Origin: Oscillospiraceae bacterium
GTDB lineage: Bacteria; Bacillota; Clostridia; Oscillospirales; Ruminococcaceae
Length of the DNA stretch: 64,000 nt
Assembly: GCA_017559185.1 (NCBI GenBank)
Contig: JAFYSU010000034.1
Span: 90-64,089 of the forward strand
Reading direction: 5' to 3'
This document shows, piece after piece, positions 44,437-51,774 of the stretch. The position numbers were made by a program, and so were the translations under genes. The notes below the pieces were generated by a model, which made no database searches, had not been told where the DNA came from, and was given only the letters and a program-made list of their open reading frames with translations. Positions within the stretch are counted from its first letter, which is position 1; every line of letters begins with the position of its first letter.

Positions 44437-44976
44437 TCATTTCATGCTTGGCATATCTGCTTTACTTTCATTTGTTTCAAGATAATCGCGGCTTCTGATG
44501 TTGAGTACACCTGCCACTATTGATGTAGGGAACATACGAATTTCACGATTAAGCTTGGTAACGCTGTCATTGTAAATCAAACGAGACTGACGAACCATTT
44601 TTTCGTATTCGTTTACGCTGTCCATGGTTTTAATGTAGTTTTCGTTTGATTTAAGTTCCGGATAGCTTTCGGCAACTGCCATAATTTTGCCCATGGCTTC
44701 TGTCAGCATATTTTCCTGTTTGTTAACATCGGCAGCAGTGCTTCTTACATTTATGCTTGAACGCATTTTAATTGTATCGGTAATTGTTTTGTATTCATGC
44801 TCATCATAGCCTTTTGTCAAATCCAAAAGTGCTGTAAGAGCATCCCATCTGGAAGACAGCTGCACACCAATCTGACTCATGGCGTTGTTTACATTTTCAT
44901 CCATTGCTACAAGCTTTCTTTGCACGGAAACAAACCAAAATGCAACCACAGCCAAAATAATCAATAAAATCAACAT
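44437..44976 (-). CDS. lemA: LemA family protein
   Basis: N-terminal TM then LemA helical bundle (SRWDALTALLDL, ESYPELKSNENY, RLIYNDSVTKLNREIRMFP). Start re-set to ATG 44976 after GGAGG. Confidence 0.85.
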   Translation of the reverse strand: MLILLIILAVVAFWFVSVQRKLVAMDENVNNAMSQIGVQLSSRWDALTALLDLTKGYDEHEYKTITDTIKMRSSINVRSTAADVNKQENMLTEAMGKIMAVAESYPELKSNENYIKTMDSVNEYEKMVRQSRLIYNDSVTKLNREIRMFPTSIVAGVLNIRSRDYLETNESKADMPSMK

Positions 44977-45265
44977 TATTTTATACACCTCCAAAATTTT
45001 TAGCTTCATATATTGATAAAAGTTTATCACATATCGCTATTTTTTTCAATATAAGTAAAATATTTTTGTTGATACAGCACAGTATACATATATTACCATT
45101 TTTATCTCTTATCGCTTACTCTGTGCATAAATTAAACAAAATAGGAAGAACAAATGCCCTTCCGATAGTCTTTTATCATATTAAAAATTCTGCAAACTAT
45201 GCTATTCGTGTTTACTGCCTATATTACTATGCAAAGCCTGCATTTATTATGTTTTTATTCTTGCA

Positions 45266-45301
45266 TAAAAAAAGAGCAAGCCTTACATTGCTTGCTCTTT
45301 T
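45266..45301 (-). terminator. Terminator directly after tRNA-Leu
   Basis: Stem gagcaagc / gcttgctc with a U-run on the minus strand. Confidence 0.8.
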
Positions 45302-45388
45302 TGGTGCCGCTAACCGGGCTCGAACCGGTATGGTGTTTCCACCGAGGGATTTTAAGTCCCTTGCGTCTGCCAGTTTCGCCATAGCGGC
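45302..45388 (-). tRNA. tRNA-Leu (anticodon UAA), CCA encoded
   Basis: Minus-strand sequence GCCGCTATGGCGAAACTGGCAGACGCAAGGGACTTAAAATCCCTCGGTGGAAACACCATACCGGTTCGAGCCCGGTTAGCGGCACCA. 7-bp acceptor stem, anticodon loop CUUAAAA, long variable arm GGTG-GAAA-CACC, T-loop TTCGAGC. Confidence 0.95.
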
Positions 45389-45399
45389 ATACAATAGAT

Positions 45400-45428
45400 A
45401 TTATACACAAACACCAAGTTTTAGTCAA
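45400..45428 (-). promoter_or_regulatory. Candidate sigma-A promoter of tRNA-Leu
   Basis: Minus strand TTGACT, 17 nt, TATAAT. The -10 box ends 11 nt upstream of the mature tRNA 5' end. Confidence 0.6.
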
Positions 45429-45568
45429 TAAATCATCCTGTATTTTAAGCTTCGTTTAATGTATGTTTCTATTATATATAATATATATGCCCAATGTGCA
45501 AAAAATTACAAGTATAATTCTGTACAATTCTCAATTAAAACATTCCTGCTATTTACAGCATTATTTTT

Positions 45569-46228
45569 TTATTTTGCTGCATCAAGAATATACTGCATAA
45601 CATTGTCAAATCTGCTCAAATGCGCATCATAGTCCAGCTGCTCACCCTGAAGATACGCATCATAAATATAGTTCTGGTGAACCGCAATCAGCAGCTCCAG
45701 TGTCATGTCTGCCTTTTCGGGATTTACAAAACCGTCGATTACCATATCCCTCATTGTTATTCTGTCACGCTCAAGCATTGTTCCTGTAAGAAGTACCCGA
45801 CGCATTGATTCACTTATACCCGAAAGTTCTTCAGGGAACAGCTCATTATAGTAAGTGTTCAGTACCTCGCCCAATTTGTGGCTGTGCTTGCCGAAAAACA
45901 GGTTGTGAAATATTGCAGGGTTTCGAAATGCAAATTCGTTAAAGCAGTGATACATTGTTCTGAAACGCTCGATGGATGTCATGTCTTTATTAAGAGTTAC
46001 TGACAGCTTAATAATATAATCACGCAGATAGCAAACCGACCCAAACAGGGTAAGATGCTCCAAATCACTGAAATAGTGGTAAATTGTCGCACTGTTATAG
46101 CCCGCTTCGGTAGCTATTTTGCGAATGGACAAACCGTCAACGCCTTCGGTTTGTATAAGATTTCTTGTTGCTTCGATAAAGTATATCATTATCCTTTTTC
46201 GTTTTATTGTGAGCGACTGTTCAGACAT
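45569..46228 (-). CDS. TetR/AcrR family transcriptional regulator
   Basis: N-terminal HTH (LSIRKIATEAGYNSATIYHYF). SD GAGAGGTGA. Divergent from the DMT transporter gene. Confidence 0.85.
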   Translation of the reverse strand: MSEQSLTIKRKRIMIYFIEATRNLIQTEGVDGLSIRKIATEAGYNSATIYHYFSDLEHLTLFGSVCYLRDYIIKLSVTLNKDMTSIERFRTMYHCFNEFAFRNPAIFHNLFFGKHSHKLGEVLNTYYNELFPEELSGISESMRRVLLTGTMLERDRITMRDMVIDGFVNPEKADMTLELLIAVHQNYIYDAYLQGEQLDYDAHLSRFDNVMQYILDAAK

Positions 46229-46297
46229 ATTTTCACCTCTCTTTAAAATAACAATTTAATTTTACGATAAAATTTATTTTTTTTTCAAGATAACCTA

Positions 46298-46326
46298 TTG
46301 ACAATGGATTTTTTCGGTGATATTAT
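46298..46326 (+). promoter_or_regulatory. Candidate sigma-A promoter of the DMT transporter gene
   Basis: TTGACA, 17 nt, TATTAT. Followed by two direct TCACGAT(T/A)AA repeats at 46344 and 46361. Confidence 0.55.
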
Positions 46327-46385
46327 ACACAAGCAAAATTCAATCACGATTAAAAATTACTCACGATAAATTCGAGGTGGCGGTT

Positions 46386-47285
46386 ATGAACATGAAACTT
46401 TCCGGTGGTATGATGGTTTTTCTTGGCGCAGTATTTTGGAGCTTAAATGCGCCTATTGTTAAATTTTTGGAGGTAGATGCTATTCTGCTTTGCGGGCTTC
46501 GTGCACTTATTGCAGGCTTGTCCCTTTGCGGATTTATCCGTCCTAAACAGCTGCGCTGGAATGGTTGGATGCTGCTTTACCTGTGCTGCTACTGCTGCTT
46601 GGGTCTTAGCGTTATCTTCTCCCTTACCATGACCTCCTCTGCTGTTGCAATTGGCATGCAGTATACCGCTATCATCTGGTTGTTCATTATAAACTGCATT
46701 AAAAGCAAAAGCTTTGATATGCGCAGCTTCATTCCTGTATGTGTAGTTTTCGCAGGTGTGCTGTTCTTTATGGCTTCCGGCAGCGGTGAAACAAGCGTTA
46801 TGGGCCAGCTGCTCACCCTTAGCGAAGGTATCTTCTTTGCAGGTCTTACCATCAGCTCGAAAAAGGCTGCAGGTACAAACCCTCTCGGTCTTACCGCTGT
46901 AGGCAACCTTGTTACAGGTGTTGTTCTCCTTACTGCATTCCCAAATGCAGGTGCTTCCATTGCAGCTTTAAGCGGTCTTGATTGGGCTCTTATGATTATC
47001 CTTGGTGTTGTTCAGATTGGCTGCGGCTACGCATTCTACAACCTTGGCGTACAAAAAATTTCTGCTCAAAAAGCTTCCCTGCTTTCCCTTTGGGAAATGC
47101 TCCTCGGACCACTTTGGGTTGCACTGTTCTTGGGTGAATACCCATCCACTCCTGTTTTGATTGGTTTCGTAATTATAATCATCGGTATTCTGTTGGATGT
47201 AAAACTCAGCCAGAAAGCACCTGAAAAATCTGAAGCAGAAGTTTCTGCTCACCATGAAGCTTCCGTTTCTACCGTATCCTGCTAA
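46386..47285 (+). CDS. DMT (EamA) family transporter
   Basis: Ten-TM protein with a duplicated EamA pattern. Start re-set to ATG 46386 after GAGGTGG; the ORF-track start lies inside the promoter -10 box. Confidence 0.8.
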   Translation: MNMKLSGGMMVFLGAVFWSLNAPIVKFLEVDAILLCGLRALIAGLSLCGFIRPKQLRWNGWMLLYLCCYCCLGLSVIFSLTMTSSAVAIGMQYTAIIWLFIINCIKSKSFDMRSFIPVCVVFAGVLFFMASGSGETSVMGQLLTLSEGIFFAGLTISSKKAAGTNPLGLTAVGNLVTGVVLLTAFPNAGASIAALSGLDWALMIILGVVQIGCGYAFYNLGVQKISAQKASLLSLWEMLLGPLWVALFLGEYPSTPVLIGFVIIIIGILLDVKLSQKAPEKSEAEVSAHHEASVSTVSC

Positions 47286-47373
47286 TTTTTATTAATTCAG
47301 TTTTAACACCTAAAAAATCCGTTCTACTTATGTGCTGTTGCCCGCACAATGTAGTAATCTATTCATATTCTCA

Positions 47374-47415
47374 AATAATAAACACGACCTGCATTTGTGG
47401 TCGTGTTTATTATTT
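47374..47415 (+). terminator. Terminator after the DMT gene
   Basis: 13-bp stem aataaacacgacc / ggtcgtgtttatt. Confidence 0.7.
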
Positions 47416-47529
47416 ATACTCTTCTCCTTAAATCGACAATGCATACACTTGTACTGTATCATAAAAAATGATATAATAAAGTTTTGTTAAAACCAATAAT
47501 TAATAACATTAAAGGATGATTTTAAATTT

Positions 47530-48879
47530 ATGGAAAAAAATGAAAATAAAATGGGGCATGCCCCAATAGGCAAGCTTCTTTTTTCAATGTCGCTGCCGGC
47601 AATGTTTTCCATGCTGGTTCAAGCCTGTTACAATGTTGTTGACAGTATATTCGTAGCTCAGCTTGGCGAAGATGCACTCACCGCAGTTTCCTTGGCTTTT
47701 CCAATCCAAATGCTCATGGTTGCGGTTGCTGTCGGCACCGCCATTGGTATAAACTCACTCATATCCCGCCGTCTTGGTGCAAAACATTATTCCGAAGCTA
47801 ACATGGTAGCAAGTCACGGTGTAATTTTGCTTGTGCTGTCGTGGGTATTGTTTGCCCTGTTTGGTTTGTTTGGAACAAGAGCCTTTATTGCAGGCTTTAC
47901 TGACAACGCTGCAATAATTGAAATGGGTACCCAGTACGGTGCAATTGTTACCATTTTTGCCTTTGGTGCGTTTGTTGAAACTGCAATAAGCCGTACACTT
48001 CAAGCTACCGGCAACATGACCTACCCAATGATTTCCCAGATAATTGGTGCTGTAGTAAATATCATTCTTGACCCTATTATGATTTTTGGCTTGTGCGGCT
48101 GCCCTGCACTTGGTGTTCGCGGTGCTGCTTTGGCAACCGTTATAGGTCAGATAGTTGCAATGTTTTTTGCTGTGTATATCATCACCCACAAAAAATTTGA
48201 TGTTCACATCAGCTTCAAAAACTTTAAATTCAGCTCTTCAATTGTCTTCAACATTTACGCTGTTGGTTTTCCTTCCATTATTATGCAGGCAATCGGCTCG
48301 TTCCTTATTGTGTGCCTTAACACTATTTTGATGGGACTTTCGGGTGCTGCCGTTGCTGTTTTGGGTGTATACTACAAGCTGCAGTCCTTTGTATTTATGC
48401 CTGTTTTTGGCTTAACTCAGGGTGCTATGCCAATTTTGGGCTACAACTTTGGTGCGCGTGACAAAAAACGCCTTTTGGATTGTTTAAAACTCACCGCATT
48501 TGTTGCACTTGCCATAATGACAGCAGGTACAGCTTTGTTCTGGGGGTGTACCGAACTGCTGCTTACACTGTTTAATGCCTCTTCTGAAATGCTTGAAATA
48601 GGTATCCCTGCACTTCGCACAATAAGCCTTTGCTTTATTCCTGCGGCATTGGGTATATCCTTTTCTACTATGTTCCAAGCGATTGGCCACGGTATTAAAA
48701 GCTTGATTATGTCCCTGCTGCGTCAGCTTTTTGCAATTTTGCCGCTTGCATGGTTCTTCGCACGCTTCTTTACACTTAACGAAGTATGGATGGCATTCCC
48801 AATTGCCGAAATTGTTTCACTTATTGCATGTGCATTTATGTTTATTTCCGCTTACCGCAAAGAGATTGCCCACCTTTAA
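47530..48879 (+). CDS. MATE family efflux transporter
   Basis: 449 aa, 12 TM, N-terminal MATE pattern (PIGKLLFSMSLPAMFSMLVQACYNVVDSIFVAQLGEDAL). Confidence 0.9.
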   Translation: MEKNENKMGHAPIGKLLFSMSLPAMFSMLVQACYNVVDSIFVAQLGEDALTAVSLAFPIQMLMVAVAVGTAIGINSLISRRLGAKHYSEANMVASHGVILLVLSWVLFALFGLFGTRAFIAGFTDNAAIIEMGTQYGAIVTIFAFGAFVETAISRTLQATGNMTYPMISQIIGAVVNIILDPIMIFGLCGCPALGVRGAALATVIGQIVAMFFAVYIITHKKFDVHISFKNFKFSSSIVFNIYAVGFPSIIMQAIGSFLIVCLNTILMGLSGAAVAVLGVYYKLQSFVFMPVFGLTQGAMPILGYNFGARDKKRLLDCLKLTAFVALAIMTAGTALFWGCTELLLTLFNASSEMLEIGIPALRTISLCFIPAALGISFSTMFQAIGHGIKSLIMSLLRQLFAILPLAWFFARFFTLNEVWMAFPIAEIVSLIACAFMFISAYRKEIAHL

Positions 48880-48895
48880 TAAATATTTTGTGCTT

Positions 48896-48936
48896 AAAAA
48901 ACATCCGCTGTATTAAATACAGCGGATGTTTTTTTA
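48896..48936 (+). terminator. Terminator after the MATE gene
   Basis: 12-bp stem acatccgctgta / tacagcggatgt followed by TTTTTTT. Confidence 0.85.
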
Positions 48937-48986
48937 CATAAACCACTAATTGCTACAATTTTTCGCTAAGTTTTAACTGTAACCAC

Positions 48987-49015
48987 TTCAAAATTTAGAA
49001 AATATGCTGTATAAT
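48987..49015 (+). promoter_or_regulatory. Candidate sigma-A promoter of the secreted-protein gene 49093
   Basis: TTCAAA, 17 nt, TATAAT. Confidence 0.45.
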
Positions 49016-49092
49016 ATAGCTGTACTACTGTGTTTTTATGCTTACAGTACTTGCCGTACATAAAATTTGTAATTTGAAAGGAGTTCAAATAC

Positions 49093-50274
49093 ATGAAAAA
49101 ACTTTTGGCGCTCCTGCTTTCTTCCGCTATGATTTTCAGCATGGGCATAACTGCTTTTGCAGATAGTAAACATGTCAATGACGGTAACGAGCTTGAAGAA
49201 GACTACGAACCAGGCGGTGAATTTGGGATTGACTATGGTCAGTTTACAAGATATCCAATGACACCCGGTCAGCTTTATGCATTCGATATTGTTACAGAAG
49301 ACGGCTACCTTGCCGATTGGGAATGGAAGGATGCTCATTCCATTACATGGAACATTACCAGCGGTGAAAATATTGTTACCGAATTCTACATCGACCAAGC
49401 GCAGGACGGGCGTAACTATCAGCTTTACATTCAAACCGACCCTAATGCTGACTACACAAATGACAAAACAATAAAATTCACCATGCGTGCAAAAAACAAC
49501 TGGCGAGATGAGGACGACAAGCGCGGTAAATACTACGGTGAAGCTTTCAAATTCGAAGGTAAGCTCAAGGTTGGTTACGGCAACTCCCCACGCAACAAAA
49601 TTGAAGACGATTATTTTGTAATCGACCCGCTTAGCTCTGCTGTTACCTTGGATAAAGACTGTACATTTATGACAGCCTACTTCAAAAATGTTGGTTATCT
49701 GGACTTTAAAGTAACCGAAACATATCAGTACACTTTTGCATACAACACCGTTGTTCCAAAAACCTTGATTCATGAAAACGAGGACAACTACCTTGAAGCA
49801 TGGAACATTACAGGCAAACCTGTTCTTGATGCTCCGGGTACACTTTCCTACTTGTCTGACAGCAATATGTATGTTTACAAGCTTAACGACGACGGCAGCT
49901 ACACTCCTATGGAGTCCACCTACAGCACCGCATACCGCCGCATTAAGTTTGTAGACCAAGAGCTTGGCTCCTACCTGTTTACACAAAAGCCTTTGCAGAA
50001 TGCAACAATAACATCTGCTGACCGTTATACCGATGCAACTGTTGGCGAAGCTGACGGAAGCCTTGTAGCTGATAATGTACCGGTAGTTAACGAAAATTGG
50101 GGTCGCCCTGTGGATGTTACCGCTGCACCATCCGTACCTGCGGTTCAACCTTCCGCACCTGCGGTTCAGCAAACTCCTGCTGTACAGCAGCAAACCCCAA
50201 CCAAGCAGGAAGAAACAACCGATGCTGTTATTGAAAACCCAACAGCAGCTACTTTGTTCTATCTTCAATTTTAA
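49093..50274 (+). CDS. Hypothetical secreted protein (paralog of 50571..51722), Pro/Gln-rich C-terminal linker, no anchor
   Basis: AAAGGAG upstream of the start. Signal peptide MKKLLALLLSSAMIFSMGITAFA. Shares blocks with the next gene (MTPGQLYAFDI / LTPGETYRFKV; YVYKLNDDG...ELGSYLFTQ / YVYRYYKGK...ELGRFVITD). Confidence 0.7.
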   Translation: MKKLLALLLSSAMIFSMGITAFADSKHVNDGNELEEDYEPGGEFGIDYGQFTRYPMTPGQLYAFDIVTEDGYLADWEWKDAHSITWNITSGENIVTEFYIDQAQDGRNYQLYIQTDPNADYTNDKTIKFTMRAKNNWRDEDDKRGKYYGEAFKFEGKLKVGYGNSPRNKIEDDYFVIDPLSSAVTLDKDCTFMTAYFKNVGYLDFKVTETYQYTFAYNTVVPKTLIHENEDNYLEAWNITGKPVLDAPGTLSYLSDSNMYVYKLNDDGSYTPMESTYSTAYRRIKFVDQELGSYLFTQKPLQNATITSADRYTDATVGEADGSLVADNVPVVNENWGRPVDVTAAPSVPAVQPSAPAVQQTPAVQQQTPTKQEETTDAVIENPTAATLFYLQF

Positions 50275-50286
50275 AATTTAGTTTGC

Positions 50287-50323
50287 AAAAGAGCATTTTC
50301 CAAGTGAAGATGCTCTTTTTTTG
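50287..50323 (+). terminator. Terminator after secreted-protein gene 49093
   Basis: 13-bp stem with one mismatch, aaagagcattttc / gaagatgctcttt, followed by a T-run. Confidence 0.75.
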
Positions 50324-50355
50324 TACAATAGATTACATTTTGTAACCTATTGTAC
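50323..50355. promoter_or_regulatory. 33-bp near-perfect palindrome between the two paralogous surface-protein genes
   Basis: GTACAATAG-A-TTACA-TTT-TGTAA-C-CTATTGTAC, with a single A/C mismatch. Immediately downstream of the terminator at 50287..50323. Confidence 0.3.
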
Positions 50356-50570
50356 TCGCAATTAATTCTGTCTTCAACAACCTCATAGCTTATAAAAGCC
50401 CCATTAAACCGTTGTTTTTTAATTTTATCCACTTCATATATTACATTTCGGTAACAAATACCTGTTGTTTTTAGCATTGTACTGTTGTATACTCTCGTCG
50501 TACCCAATAAACAGGGTTCTCAAGCTTCGCAGGTTTTTACCTGCAGCAACTATTTTGGAGGTTTTTGTAT

Positions 50571-51722
50571 ATGAAACAGTTCATTGCGTTAATTTTGGCT
50601 CTTGCAGCGGCAGCATCCATGGCAGTTCCTGCGTTTGCCGAAACAGCTCCGACAACAGTAATCGAAAGAGCGACAGCAGCACCTGGCTTCTCCTTTGAAA
50701 AAGACAGCGAGCATGGCATAGCTTTGGGTGGTCTTCTTACACCGGGCGAAACCTACCGCTTTAAAGTAAATGTTACCGATGAAAGCGGCAGCTCTGCAGC
50801 TTTGAATGAAGAACATCTTGAAAATCACAAATTCACATTTCAGATTCGCAAAGGCAAAACTTGGATAAAATCCATTGACATTATAAACGACAACGACGAA
50901 TACTTCCTTGAAATTGAAACAGCAGCAGGCTGGCCTGCAAAACAGCAAGAGGTTGCAGGTGAAATAAAATTCTCCTCCAAGTCTTCCACAAAAACTCTTT
51001 ACTCTCATGAGCTTTCTTTTGACATTGGTTACGAGATAATTTCCGACGAAGCTTTGGATATTGAAAATAAGGACGAAGCTATCGTAGTGAACCCTGCTGC
51101 ACCTGTAATAACAACCAAGCAGTTCGACAAACTGGAGGATATTGCAAAAGGCGGAAAAATTACCTTTACCAATGATGACTGGAAATACGAGGTTAAAATT
51201 TCCGGTCAGGAAGATGTAAACATGGTGCACAACGACCTGCCCATTAAAGATATTGCTGTTAAATACGAAGATGCTAACTTTAAGTTCATTTCTTTCCCGG
51301 CAGGCCCGCAGTTTAATTTTACAGGTACCTTCTCCGTTAACATTTATGACGAAGAAGACACATGGGAAAACTTTTATGTTTACCGTTATTACAAAGGTAA
51401 GCTGAACAAAATTGATGCTGTTCGCAATGTTGAAGAAGCTGAACTTACCTTTAACACAAAAGAACTCGGCAGATTTGTAATTACCGATAAAAACATTCCT
51501 GACGGTACTGTTATTGAAGAAGGCTTTGGTGGTTCTTCCAACAATTCCTCCAATAACACATCAAACAACACTTCCAACAATACTCCTCAAAACAACACTT
51601 CCAGCGGTGAAAGCAAACCCAACCCAAGCACCGGCTCTGCCGATGCAATGGCTGAGATTGCACTGGCAGCGGCAGCACTTTCCGCAGTTTGCGGTGCTGT
51701 TGTTCTTAAAAGAAAGGACTAA
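50571..51722 (+). CDS. Hypothetical cell-wall-anchored surface protein (NPSTG sortase-type sorting signal)
   Basis: Start ATG 50571, 9 nt after GGAGG. Signal peptide ending AFA-ETAP. Asn/Ser-rich linker. C-terminus is NPSTG plus a hydrophobic helix plus KRKD. Confidence 0.7.
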   Translation: MKQFIALILALAAAASMAVPAFAETAPTTVIERATAAPGFSFEKDSEHGIALGGLLTPGETYRFKVNVTDESGSSAALNEEHLENHKFTFQIRKGKTWIKSIDIINDNDEYFLEIETAAGWPAKQQEVAGEIKFSSKSSTKTLYSHELSFDIGYEIISDEALDIENKDEAIVVNPAAPVITTKQFDKLEDIAKGGKITFTNDDWKYEVKISGQEDVNMVHNDLPIKDIAVKYEDANFKFISFPAGPQFNFTGTFSVNIYDEEDTWENFYVYRYYKGKLNKIDAVRNVEEAELTFNTKELGRFVITDKNIPDGTVIEEGFGGSSNNSSNNTSNNTSNNTPQNNTSSGESKPNPSTGSADAMAEIALAAAALSAVCGAVVLKRKD

Positions 51723-51731
51723 GCCCTAAAC

Positions 51732-51774
51732 AAAATTATCCCCCTGACCTATAAAGTCAGAGGGATAATTTTTT
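51732..51774. terminator. Bidirectional terminator (surface protein / ptsI convergent)
   Basis: 15-bp stem with one mismatch, aattatccccctgac / gtcagagggataatt, flanked by A- and T-runs. Confidence 0.8.

Noticed and set aside
45066-45431. 121-aa plus-strand ORF
   Set aside because: Runs through the tRNA-Leu gene, its terminator and its promoter on the opposite strand. It is AT-rich intergenic sequence with no SD.
49042-50268. 408-aa minus-strand ORF
   Set aside because: Antisense to the plus-strand gene 49093, which has an SD and a signal peptide. The antisense ORF has neither.
50271-50507. 78-aa minus-strand ORF between the two paralogous surface-protein genes
   Set aside because: It has a TTG start without an SD, and its 3' part is made of the terminator hairpin and palindrome sequences. 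No family resemblance.
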